Source of the DNA: a virus
Taxonomy: Duplodnaviria > Heunggongvirae > Uroviricota > Caudoviricetes
DNA length: 40,222 bases
IMG/VR virus record: IMGVR_UViG_2778261638_000008
Reading direction: 5' to 3' (one strand)
Part shown: piece by piece, positions 1 to 8,835 of the stretch
How the letters are laid out: each line of letters opens with the position of its first letter
Numbering within the stretch: position 1 is the first letter of the stretch
The notes under the pieces: generated by a model
Told to the model about the DNA's origin: nothing
Databases searched by the model: none
What the model saw: the letters and a program-made list of their open reading frames with translations, nothing else
Made by a program: the position numbers and the translations under genes

Positions 1-480
1 ATTTGTATCAAAAATAGTTACGGCAGGATGATTAAAACAGATAGAGTGTTTAGGTTTAAGTAAATGTAGTGTTTGCAATCTGGTTATCGCTGTGTTATCA
101 AAATTTGAGAAGTCAACAACAAGATCTACATTCAGTTTTTTTATCTTTGCTTTTAGTTCGTTAAATTTATTTTTCTCGTAAGAAATAAAGGCATCCACGC
201 CAACAATATCAGTAAAGAGGAATGATACTCTTGGAGGTGCTATCACATATACCACCATACCGGATTCTTGAAGTTGTTTAATAAACCCTGAGGTAACGAT
301 GCCGTCACCAATGGCCTGCATGTGCATGAAAATGCACACTGTTTTATAACTATCCGGCTGTAATGATGTTTTCCTTCTGTATCGCATTTTTAGAAATGCC
401 AGTCTGGCCTTCGTCTTTATCTTTTTTGTTTTAATATTTCGCTGTCTGTTAAGCTGTTTTAATGATGAAATAACATTCAT
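1..480 (-). CDS. Partial CDS (N-terminal 160 codons, continues past window start): glycosyltransferase-like, resembles N-terminal region of GT9 heptosyltransferases
   Basis: Open frame on minus strand from ATG at 480-478 to window edge; not in ORF track because it has no stop inside the window. Motif VCIFMHMQAIGDGIVTSGFIKQL resembles the GT9 N-terminal Rossmann-like motif. Visibly AT-rich versus the adjacent tail genes. Confidence 0.4.
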   Translation of the reverse strand, partial: MNVISSLKQLNRQRNIKTKKIKTKARLAFLKMRYRRKTSLQPDSYKTVCIFMHMQAIGDGIVTSGFIKQLQESGMVVYVIAPPRVSFLFTDIVGVDAFISYEKNKFNELKAKIKKLNVDLVVDFSNFDNTAITRLQTLHLLKPKHSICFNHPAVTIFDTN

Positions 481-574
481 AATGGTACCCTGAAATTCCA
501 AATCACACATGTCATCCGAAATGAGCAGGGTACTATACAAAAAACTGGACTACAATGGTTTGAAATGAAAGCCT

Positions 575-1174
575 TTATGCTTGTTTACTCCTTGATTCCA
601 CTGGGGAAGCTGGCCACTCAATATCCGGTGCTCTTGATGTATCAACACGGTTCAGCAGCACTCGATACTTCTTCCATGCCACCAGTAACGATGTTTCTTC
701 CTCTGTTGCAATATTCAAATCTACGGCATCTTGAAGTGGCGAAATATGCTCACTGGCTACCTGCATGAGGCTGTTTTTTGTTTCTTCCGCCTCCCGGATC
801 CGGAACAGTTTTTCTGCTTCCGTATCCTTCACCCAGGCTGTGCCGTTCCACTTCTGAAACTCCCCTTCCGGCGATAACCAGGTAACATTTTCCGGTAACG
901 GACCGAGTTCAGAAATAAATAACGCGTCCCCTGATGCCACGTCATAAACTGTTTTACCCCGATGGTCTTCAACAAGATGCCACGATGCCTCATCACTGTT
1001 GAAAATAGCCACGAAGCCAGCTGGAATATCTGGCGGAGCAATATCAGTACTATTTGCAGGTAGACCTGTATGAGGTGGAATGTATGCATCACCTTCACCA
1101 ATAAATTCATTGGTTCCGACCAGCAGATTATAAATTTTTATGGTTCGTGGTTGTTCACTCATTCTGAATGCCAT
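575..1174 (-). CDS. Phage tail fibre assembly protein (Tfa-like chaperone)
   Basis: 199 aa immediately downstream of the tail fibre gene with overlapping stop/start; composition and position typical of Tfa chaperones. Confidence 0.7.
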   Translation of the reverse strand: MAFRMSEQPRTIKIYNLLVGTNEFIGEGDAYIPPHTGLPANSTDIAPPDIPAGFVAIFNSDEASWHLVEDHRGKTVYDVASGDALFISELGPLPENVTWLSPEGEFQKWNGTAWVKDTEAEKLFRIREAEETKNSLMQVASEHISPLQDAVDLNIATEEETSLLVAWKKYRVLLNRVDTSRAPDIEWPASPVESRSKQA

Positions 1175-2220
1175 TATGCAAGCCTCACAATATAGTTAAA
1201 TGCGATGTTTTTTACGGTGTTTTCCGCGTTGCCATAAGCGGCAATGGTAATGGTGTGTGTGTGCGAACCAATAGCGAGCGTATGTGTATGCGCACCTATT
1301 GCTACTGTGTGAGTATGAGCTCCTGCGCGTAATACGCGATTACTTGCTGTCTTGCTTGTGTTAGTTGCATGCATTCCACCACCGGTACCGGGAGTTTCTG
1401 CGTATGCTGAAGTATTGTTGTAAGCAAAGTTGTGTGTATGTACCCCGGTGTTATTCGTGGATTTAGTGCCGTAATCAAACGACGATGTGGTTTTCGTCCC
1501 CAAATCCGTACTGGATGCGCTGGCGCTGTGGGTGTGCGATTTAATGCCGTCCTGTTCCTGAGACAATACGGCCCGACCACTGGCAGGTTTGCCCTTAATC
1601 GTCCAGCCACGCATATCAGGGATCACGCCTGACGGATAAGCGGCTGCAAGTTTCGGGTATGCAGATTTGTCAAAAGTCTGCCCCTGCATAATGGCATAGC
1701 CAGACGGAACGGTATCTGATGGCCAAGGGACTGGAGCACCGACAGGAAAAGTTGAATTATCTTCCAGACCAAGATATTTAATAACTTCTGTAACAGAGTT
1801 TTTTGCCAAAATATCTCGCCCAACCTGTGTCAGGTCAGTCAAATTAGCAGTATCTTGATTGGTAAAATACGGTAATTTGTTTGCGGATGTTGAAAGACTG
1901 GCAAGTGCAGTAAGTGTGGCATCAATTGCCTGATAATTTTTATCTAATGCAGAAGATATTTTAGTGACAAATCCAGTCAGGTCCCCATCATCATGTACAT
2001 CAAGTCCGCTTTTATCTGCTGTATATTGTGCTATCGCTGCCGCAATAAAGCTGGCCTGCCGAATAACCTTATTGACTTGCGCACTGGATGCTTTCCCTGC
2101 TGTAAATCCAGATAAAAGCGCAGGCAACGCTTCCCATTCCTCCTGCGACATAACATTGGCATTTTTACCCGTTGCAAACGCTTTAAAGTCATTTTTCGCC
2201 ATCAGAGTAATACTCCCCAT
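1174..2220 (-). CDS. Phage tail fibre protein
   Basis: 348 aa; C-terminal repeated G(A/S)HTHT motifs typical of enterobacterial side tail fibre tips; followed by Tfa gene. Confidence 0.75.
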   Translation of the reverse strand: MGSITLMAKNDFKAFATGKNANVMSQEEWEALPALLSGFTAGKASSAQVNKVIRQASFIAAAIAQYTADKSGLDVHDDGDLTGFVTKISSALDKNYQAIDATLTALASLSTSANKLPYFTNQDTANLTDLTQVGRDILAKNSVTEVIKYLGLEDNSTFPVGAPVPWPSDTVPSGYAIMQGQTFDKSAYPKLAAAYPSGVIPDMRGWTIKGKPASGRAVLSQEQDGIKSHTHSASASSTDLGTKTTSSFDYGTKSTNNTGVHTHNFAYNNTSAYAETPGTGGGMHATNTSKTASNRVLRAGAHTHTVAIGAHTHTLAIGSHTHTITIAAYGNAENTVKNIAFNYIVRLA

Positions 2221-2882
2221 GCTCCTACATCAAAACCACTGATGAATTCGTTATCCATATCAAAACCAAAAAATTTTGAGCCTTCCGATGGGGTTTCCAC
2301 CGAAGGTGTTTCAATGCCACCCGCCCATACCCCGGCGGCTTTTACTGTGAGATACCCCTGTTTAATTGCAGCAATTAACTCACGCGATACATCTGAAATA
2401 TCAGTATCAGGAAAGACCCAGACCGATATCGTCATGTCCTGGTTATCGACTATCTGCATTCGCAGCCCGGATCCTGCTGTTGCAGCGTCAAGAATTGCCG
2501 GAAGCGAATCATTCCGTCCATCCCAGTTATTAATCGCAATCTTCGCTTTAAGAATGACACGATAAGTTTCATCGCTGAGGTACATGTATCCGGAATCAGG
2601 ATCGTATGGTCCCTGCCATACCCCCTGATCATATCCAAGCCCGTCGGTATCCCAGCTGAAATAGACACCTGAGATAGGCTGGCTGACAACACGGCTGCGT
2701 CCGATCCACAATCCAAGAATGTCAAGTTGCACACCAACCGCAGAGTCAATATCAAATGCAGTAATCAGCCCTCTGGTGGCAGCCGCAACATCAATAAGTG
2801 GCCGGGTCATCAGATCAACATGCGCAAGAAATTTAGGTTTGGTGGCGTGGTAGTTCGTGATTAGTTCGGTGTATTTGCTCAT
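2202..2882 (-). CDS. Phage tail/baseplate protein (gpI / YmfQ-like)
   Basis: 226 aa between baseplate J-like gene and tail fibre gene; position-based call. Confidence 0.45.
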   Translation of the reverse strand: MSKYTELITNYHATKPKFLAHVDLMTRPLIDVAAATRGLITAFDIDSAVGVQLDILGLWIGRSRVVSQPISGVYFSWDTDGLGYDQGVWQGPYDPDSGYMYLSDETYRVILKAKIAINNWDGRNDSLPAILDAATAGSGLRMQIVDNQDMTISVWVFPDTDISDVSRELIAAIKQGYLTVKAAGVWAGGIETPSVETPSEGSKFFGFDMDNEFISGFDVGAWGVLL

Positions 2883-4078
2883 AACTCCACCGTTATAACG
2901 ATATTTTCCGGGGTACAGGACGCAGATTCGTTGTATCTGATATCAATGTTTGATGACGACAAAGCCCCCGGGGATTTCCCAATCGTCAGTTCCTGAATAT
3001 CGTAATAGCGTACATTCCCGCCACTCACCACGCCAAGATTCGCCGGTGAGTAAATGCGACTTAAAAGGACCGAATCACCAATCATCAGACTATTGATATA
3101 GTCGGAAATAGCCTGCTGGATCTGCTGCCCTATCTGTGAGGTATAACCCGTAAAAACTTTTAATTTAATCCGGGCATAAACAGGCACATCACTGGAACGC
3201 GAGAATTTGATTACATGGGGATTGCCGTATTTATCCGGAACCGTAACGGATGTTGTACCGTGAGTGGCTGTCCCCTGGCCTTTATTTCCTCTGATAGCCT
3301 GAGCAATATCCGTCACATCACCGCCATCCACAATTACAGCAACAGAGTGTGGCGGTAACCCGTTACCGTCCTCCGAACCAGTATCGTTTTCATAGAGTTT
3401 GTGGCGGGTTACACCGGTAACATTATAAACAGCACCATCCAGTGCTTCAAATGGGGTTATTGATGGCAACGCAACACTTTGCGACTGGCGGATACGTAAC
3501 TCCGCATCAGTTTCTGCTGGAGTGCCTACAGTAGCTGCAGCAGGATTGGTTACCGAAACCCAGCCACGGGTTGGCGTATTAATTTCAGTGATAGTTCCAG
3601 CCAGCGCCGCCACTGCACCACTGACGGAACATTTTGCGGTCACCATCACTGTACCATCCACGCCGACCACCACTGAAGCAGGCAAACGCCATATCACATT
3701 ATTACTGTCTTTCACGCTGCCATTAATGATGGTTGTTCCGGCAGTTCCTGTAAGAAGCAAATCAACCGTAGAATTCGTCGCGCCTTTACGTGAAATACCA
3801 TTTATTTTCACGTTACTGGTCAGTGCAGCCCCATAGCCGGTTGCCGGTGAAAAACAGTTGTAGACAGTTATCGCCATATTATTGGCATCATGAATCGCCA
3901 GCGCCATCAGAGCCACCATCTGGCCGTCTTTGCTGTCCGGTTCCAGATAAGCGTCACTGCCGTAAATCTGCTGGAAATAGCTTGCCAGGGTATCGAGTAT
4001 CGTCTGGTAATCAGGCGCGCTGATCCCCTCAGCGGTTACCGTTGCCGATAAGCCGAGTGTATCCAAATTGAGGGCCAT
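2879..4078 (-). CDS. Baseplate J-like protein
   Basis: 399 aa; size and position (between gpW-like and gpI-like genes) match baseplate wedge J family. Confidence 0.6.
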   Translation of the reverse strand: MALNLDTLGLSATVTAEGISAPDYQTILDTLASYFQQIYGSDAYLEPDSKDGQMVALMALAIHDANNMAITVYNCFSPATGYGAALTSNVKINGISRKGATNSTVDLLLTGTAGTTIINGSVKDSNNVIWRLPASVVVGVDGTVMVTAKCSVSGAVAALAGTITEINTPTRGWVSVTNPAAATVGTPAETDAELRIRQSQSVALPSITPFEALDGAVYNVTGVTRHKLYENDTGSEDGNGLPPHSVAVIVDGGDVTDIAQAIRGNKGQGTATHGTTSVTVPDKYGNPHVIKFSRSSDVPVYARIKLKVFTGYTSQIGQQIQQAISDYINSLMIGDSVLLSRIYSPANLGVVSGGNVRYYDIQELTIGKSPGALSSSNIDIRYNESASCTPENIVITVEL

Positions 4079-4432
4079 TTATGCCTCGCTGGTTACTGTC
4101 GTTGTTCCGTAGATAGTGTCGATCTCAGCGAAGAACTGGACGCGGCGCGTCGTCGTGTTCACTGTCGTATTGAAAGAGAGGATTGATTTAACGCCCCGCG
4201 TTTCGAGGATGCGCTTACGGATCGCCAGGTTGTAGGTTTCCTGCTTCTGCTTACCGAGTACGGACTGGATCCACGGAGTCCCCTCGGTGGTGTCGAGAAA
4301 CCATTGCCCATACCACAATTCGAATCGCGTTTTTACCGCCTGCGCCACGGCCTCCGGTGAGTTAATCAGCCAGGTGTCATCACCGCTGCCAAAGGTGTAA
4401 TCGCCATCGGCGTCTTCACGTCTGTATCGCAT
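4079..4432 (-). CDS. Baseplate protein (gpW / gp25-like)
   Basis: 117 aa; overlapping start/stop with flanking baseplate genes. Confidence 0.45.
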   Translation of the reverse strand: MRYRREDADGDYTFGSGDDTWLINSPEAVAQAVKTRFELWYGQWFLDTTEGTPWIQSVLGKQKQETYNLAIRKRILETRGVKSILSFNTTVNTTTRRVQFFAEIDTIYGTTTVTSEA

Positions 4433-5184
4433 CAGTTTACTCCGTCGGTATTGCCTCCACCGCGCTGAACACCACCATGAGTGTGTGTATCATCGATTGG
4501 CTTGCCGTTAGCCTTCACGCTCCCCAAAAACTCAACAGCCCCAGTGATTTTTGAAGCCACACCAGAAACCACAGACCCCACCATGCCCCCCATCCAGGTT
4601 AACAGGCCATGAATGGTTACTTTCTCAGAAAAATCAGCCAGAGGGGCAACCACATCAAGACCACCCGGAGCGACAATTTTAATTTTCTGAGTGGAAGGGT
4701 TGAGCTCAAAGAACGTACTTCCGTCGTCGCTACGGAGCTGCGCGGCCCCCGTGCTTATTCCGCTGATTTTCTGCGTCTGCGACTGTGGCCCTACGATACA
4801 GAATGCATCTGATAAATCATGCACCCGGTCGTCGACAGGCTCCTGCACTCCGCCGTTCTGCCACCAGAAATCGATGCAGCGATCGGCGAAAATTACCAGA
4901 CATTCATCACCAGTTTTAACCGGGAACGTTAGCGTGCAGCCTCCGCCGCGCGGAAATACCACCGGCACATCCACCAGCAGCGGGTAATTTTTGGTAATGC
5001 GGTTCCCGTCGTTATCAGTTTCAACCGAACGGACAGCAGGCTGCACAACCGCCGTAACCGCGTCAGGGTCGAATGACTGGACGATGCCAGGCAAAGCAAC
5101 ACGGATCTGGTTCTTTGTTGTGTCCCGCTCTGATTTGAATGTTTCGGCAAGGTCGCCGCTGCGGGTCTGGTCAGATACTGCCAT
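4432..5184 (-). CDS. Baseplate central spike / hub protein (gpV / Gp138-N-like)
   Basis: 250 aa, glycine-rich C terminus; good SD (GGAG) before ATG at 5184; position in baseplate block. Confidence 0.55.
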   Translation of the reverse strand: MAVSDQTRSGDLAETFKSERDTTKNQIRVALPGIVQSFDPDAVTAVVQPAVRSVETDNDGNRITKNYPLLVDVPVVFPRGGGCTLTFPVKTGDECLVIFADRCIDFWWQNGGVQEPVDDRVHDLSDAFCIVGPQSQTQKISGISTGAAQLRSDDGSTFFELNPSTQKIKIVAPGGLDVVAPLADFSEKVTIHGLLTWMGGMVGSVVSGVASKITGAVEFLGSVKANGKPIDDTHTHGGVQRGGGNTDGVN

Positions 5185-5202
5185 TTAGTAGGCTCCAGAA
5201 AG

Positions 5203-5226
5203 CAAAAAACCCGCCGGGTGGCGGGT
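5203..5226 (-). terminator. Rho-independent terminator ending the inserted 5245-6395 cassette
   Basis: On minus strand: 7-bp perfect GC-rich stem (ACCCGCC/GGCGGGU) with 4-nt loop followed by UUUUUU; lies between stop of 126-aa gene (5245) and start of spike gene (5184). Confidence 0.75.
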
Positions 5227-5244
5227 CTGTAAATAAACTTTTTG

Positions 5245-5625
5245 CTAAGCTACTTGGGATTTCATTTCTGCTATTTTGTCCAACATCTTGTTCACCACTG
5301 CAATAGATGAACTTGCTTCAGTTTGCAAAATAGTCTCTGTTAGATCGTAGTCCGCGCGCTTACGCTTCATTTTTTGCTGTTTGAGAACTGCCCCCAACTG
5401 GATAAGAGACATTAACTCATAAGGTTCATCCTTCCGCCTTGCATCCGAAATAAGATATTGAACAACTCCATCATGTGTTGTCGGCGGGCAACACGTCAAA
5501 AGGCCACATGTTTCATGGTAGAACGCATAGTATGCCCGTGAAATAGCACTTCTGAAACCAGACTCAATACCAGTGTCTAAACATGCACGGGATGCGCCAA
5601 TGAACTCTTTTCCTTGGATACTCAT
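5245..5625 (-). CDS. Hypothetical 126-aa protein with HEPN-like motifs (second gene of inserted cassette)
   Basis: ATG overlaps stop of upstream gene (ATGA). AT-rich. Segments RAYYAFYHE, TTHDGVVQYL and RKRADYD resemble the helix 1, conserved His and C-terminal R-x-x-x-Y signatures of HEPN domains (from memory, unverified). Confidence 0.6.
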   Translation of the reverse strand: MSIQGKEFIGASRACLDTGIESGFRSAISRAYYAFYHETCGLLTCCPPTTHDGVVQYLISDARRKDEPYELMSLIQLGAVLKQQKMKRKRADYDLTETILQTEASSSIAVVNKMLDKIAEMKSQVA

Positions 5626-6395
5626 ATCGTGAAGTGAATCTCCTGCCGATTACGCCCGCGGAACCAGGCCGTCACATTCTTTCCAGCGAAGATCTCATTC
5701 ATTGCAATTTCAGTAGCAACGTCAATATCCATATCGGAAAGCATATCGGCATCCTCACATAAAACATCACAAACTATGCCAGCATCCCCATCCGGGCTTG
5801 TGACATAGTCATGAGAAATAGCTAAAACACCATAATTCTTAGCGACATTAGTAATTGTTCTGGAAAGAAGATTTATCTCATTCGTGCTTAAATCAGTCAC
5901 ACTTATGAATGTATCTAATGCCCGTTTTTTTTCCATGATATCTGACTCCATGCTTTCTCGCTCGCTCTCACTTCCGATCATAGACAGAGCTTTTCGAGCA
6001 AAAAAGAGTGATAGTTCACCATCGCCGTCAGCATAGGCTGCATTCCTTGCTCGTATGCACAAAGCAAGGCTGGTAATTTCCCGAGCTAACCTCACAGCCT
6101 CTTCTCGGTACAATTCATACTGTCCAGTATGACTGAGGTAAGAAAGATAATTTCTAGCTACTGTTTCGTCACGGTATGCAACTGCCTCCTGAAAAAAACC
6201 GACAGCTTCAACATGTTGATGCGCAGCTCCATAAGCCAGAGCCAACACCATCAACTTAACTGGCTCATCAGGGATTTTGCCTGCTTCAGAGACAACTCGC
6301 TTTAGCGTAAAAGCATCCAGTTGCTGCCCTTCATCAATACGTGAAGTAAGCATCTCAAGCGTTTCATTCAGTTTGCTATACAGTGCAAGTGACAT
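5622..6395 (-). CDS. Hypothetical 257-aa protein (first gene of inserted cassette), acidic C-terminal half
   Basis: SD GGAGG 7 nt upstream of ATG at 6395; AT-rich; translationally coupled to the downstream 126-aa gene; no recognisable catalytic motif. Confidence 0.65.
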   Translation of the reverse strand: MSLALYSKLNETLEMLTSRIDEGQQLDAFTLKRVVSEAGKIPDEPVKLMVLALAYGAAHQHVEAVGFFQEAVAYRDETVARNYLSYLSHTGQYELYREEAVRLAREITSLALCIRARNAAYADGDGELSLFFARKALSMIGSESERESMESDIMEKKRALDTFISVTDLSTNEINLLSRTITNVAKNYGVLAISHDYVTSPDGDAGIVCDVLCEDADMLSDMDIDVATEIAMNEIFAGKNVTAWFRGRNRQEIHFTI

Positions 6396-6536
6396 TAATC
6401 ATCCTCCATAACGGAGGAATTTATCATCGGAAGGCATCATCAACAACCTGTTGTTTTATTCATTAATCCATATTCTAGACTAATGCTTTGCTCTTTTCTA
6501 AGGAGAGAAAGGAGAACTGGTTAAAATTTCTTACTC

Positions 6537-6878
6537 TCACCCAGCCACTTTTTTACAAGGGAAAGACCCGATGATTTTCGGCGCGTCCATGCTGTTCTGC
6601 AGCAGCTGGACGTTCAGGAAACGCTTTTCGGTACCAGGGCGACGAATGTATTCAAAGCCGTAGTTGTTACCGTCTTTGGCAGGCATAAGCCCCATGTCTA
6701 CTTTCAAACCATTGGTACCCAGCTCGGTGATTTTTTGAGAGGTAACTCTTTCACCGTTGATTGTCGATAACTCGCCCTGGTTTGCAACCATAGTGTAGCC
6801 ACCGCATTTAACCGTAAAGCCATCCGCCCACGCGCTGCACGCAGAAAAGACAGCTAACAGAAAAATAATACCCCTCAT
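6537..6878 (-). CDS. Small secreted/periplasmic protein (113 aa) with Sec-type signal peptide
   Basis: N terminus MRGIIFLLAVFSACSAWA = basic n-region, hydrophobic core, AWA cleavage motif; sits directly after baseplate hub gene. Confidence 0.55.
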   Translation of the reverse strand: MRGIIFLLAVFSACSAWADGFTVKCGGYTMVANQGELSTINGERVTSQKITELGTNGLKVDMGLMPAKDGNNYGFEYIRRPGTEKRFLNVQLLQNSMDAPKIIGSFPCKKVAG

Positions 6879-6881
6879 TGC

Positions 6882-7943
6882 TCATCCCCTTTGCTGCGCT
6901 GAGGACGAAAGTAAATCCGCCGCACCACGCGCTTCGCACATCATATCCATGTACCACGCCTGGCCCCTTGTGTCGCCAGTGTACATAATCCCGCGCACAA
7001 TATAAACGCCATCCGTTGCGATGCTGGCAGGCTGCGCCGTGGTGCCGCTGAGCGTGATATTTCCGTCCGTGTTCTGGTCGGTGATCTGCCCACCGGCCAT
7101 CGCGATATCGTTGCTCGACAGTGCGGTGCGATATACGGAAGCCTGATCAAGCTGAATGAGCCCGTTAACCCGGATGTTCGGATTAATCAGCGCGCGGACG
7201 TTTACGCCGTTACCGATAGTCTGCTGCGGCATGCCAATAAGCCCGGTAGCGCTGTTGAGCACAATCGCTTCGTGAACATATTCGTTATTCGCCACCATCT
7301 GGCGCTGACCGTCCACGAATTGCCATGTTGCGCCACATTGCCCGGCTACGTTATCCATAAGATGCCGCGTCATGCCAAAGAGTACCCGCCCCCGGGGGAA
7401 TACAGTAGCAGGCATTTCAGGCGTCAGACCTTCAGTCGCGCCTTTGGCCTCGAAGTCTTTCATCAGCGCGCGATTCACGTCTGCGACCGTATAACCGGCC
7501 GCCAGCGTCTGCGAAGTTATGCTGGTGGCAAAAGCCAGATCCGTATCGGCTGCCTGAATCAGAACGTAAGAATCAATGGGGCTGTCTTTTCCTGTTACCG
7601 AGTAACGAATTTCGCCGCTGAAAATCATCCCATAGTTGCGGCCATCACCCTGGCCCACATCCGCCGCGTCGACTTCCCGCACGGTCCCGACGTCGCTGGC
7701 CGATACCTCCGGCGCGATACCGTCGTAACCCGCAATCAGACGCACTTTCAAAAACTCCTGCCCGGTGATTCGGTTCACAGTATCTGCCGAGAGGTTATAA
7801 ATTTTGATAGTCCCTATCCGGGACGCACTGCTGATGTTGAACCAGTCGATCGTAAAGGTGACTTTAAAATCACTTAGCTCAATTCCCTGACCGTTCCCGT
7901 CCACAAGCTGCAGCTCGAAATGTCTCATCCAGTTCTGTGACAT
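6882..7943 (-). CDS. Phage baseplate hub / tail protein
   Basis: 353 aa, in tail block downstream of tape measure; position-based. Confidence 0.5.
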   Translation of the reverse strand: MSQNWMRHFELQLVDGNGQGIELSDFKVTFTIDWFNISSASRIGTIKIYNLSADTVNRITGQEFLKVRLIAGYDGIAPEVSASDVGTVREVDAADVGQGDGRNYGMIFSGEIRYSVTGKDSPIDSYVLIQAADTDLAFATSITSQTLAAGYTVADVNRALMKDFEAKGATEGLTPEMPATVFPRGRVLFGMTRHLMDNVAGQCGATWQFVDGQRQMVANNEYVHEAIVLNSATGLIGMPQQTIGNGVNVRALINPNIRVNGLIQLDQASVYRTALSSNDIAMAGGQITDQNTDGNITLSGTTAQPASIATDGVYIVRGIMYTGDTRGQAWYMDMMCEARGAADLLSSSAQQRG

Positions 7944-7945
7944 GC

Positions 7946-8248
7946 TTACTCCGTTGATACCAGTAAATGACTGCGACCGCCCAGGTCAGTTTTCGTGGGA
8001 TAATCCTGTGTGTTGTCATCGCAGACCACCAACAGCTTAAAACCAAGCCCCATACAGGCGTACTGCGCCAGCAGATCAGCGCCAGTGACGAGAGGAATAC
8101 CGGAGATTACCGGCTCTCCTCTGTCGTTCTGCAGGTCCATAATCCAGTAAGGATCTCGCCATATGATGCTAATCCGCCAGGTGGCACCACCCAGGACGAT
8201 GCTGAACTGCTGGTTGTCCGCTGTCAGCGGAATTTCCTGAATTGTCAT
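7946..8248 (-). CDS. Phage tail protein (hypothetical)
   Basis: 100 aa with tight spacing in tail block. Confidence 0.45.
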   Translation of the reverse strand: MTIQEIPLTADNQQFSIVLGGATWRISIIWRDPYWIMDLQNDRGEPVISGIPLVTGADLLAQYACMGLGFKLLVVCDDNTQDYPTKTDLGGRSHLLVSTE

Positions 8249-8835
8249 TAGCCGCCCCCCAGTAACGACGCCACGTTACCCGTGATGCTTTTCAGCAGTG
8301 AAGTATCTGGAGGCTTTGTGGTTTTGTTGCCGCTGTTCTGTACCGCCGACGTGCTGGCCCCTTCCTTCATGTTGGTTTTATCCGCGACGGTAATCTGCTG
8401 TGTCCGGGAGATAAGGACCGCCCTCAGGGAGATGACGGCAGACAGGACGTTTTCGGTTGTCTTGTCCGTCGTCACTTCCAGCGCCCGGATCAACATGTTG
8501 CTGTACAGCCGTTTACCGGTTACCACATCGAAGGGGATACGGCTTTCCTGCAGATCCAGTAGCTCCTGATACGTCTGCTGAGGACTCAGGCCGAGCAGGC
8601 TGGTAGCCGTCAGGTTACTGGCAAAATCCAGCAATACGCCGCCACCGGCGAAACCAACCTCCATCACCACTTCTGACGGTTTTTTATAGGCATGATCAGC
8701 GACAGCGGCCCCGACCTCTACCGGATGCTCTGTTATTTCAAGCATATCTGTATGCTTCTCTGAAATAACAACACTGGGAACAATCATTCCTATTTTTCTG
8801 CTCTGCTGATGAAAAAGTGTAGAGAGAATATCCAC
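8248..8835 (-). CDS. Phage tail protein (hypothetical)
   Basis: 195 aa; start overlaps tape-measure stop. Confidence 0.45.
   Translation of the reverse strand: MDILSTLFHQQSRKIGMIVPSVVISEKHTDMLEITEHPVEVGAAVADHAYKKPSEVVMEVGFAGGGVLLDFASNLTATSLLGLSPQQTYQELLDLQESRIPFDVVTGKRLYSNMLIRALEVTTDKTTENVLSAVISLRAVLISRTQQITVADKTNMKEGASTSAVQNSGNKTTKPPDTSLLKSITGNVASLLGGG

Noticed and set aside
484-574. Prophage left attachment site in the intergenic region after the tail fibre assembly gene
   Set aside because: No direct repeat of useful length shared with the integrase-proximal junction (39754-39961) could be found by eye; the left boundary probably lies beyond the window.
7272-7877. 201-aa plus-strand ORF
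   Set aside because: Antisense within the baseplate hub gene; no SD and no independent support.
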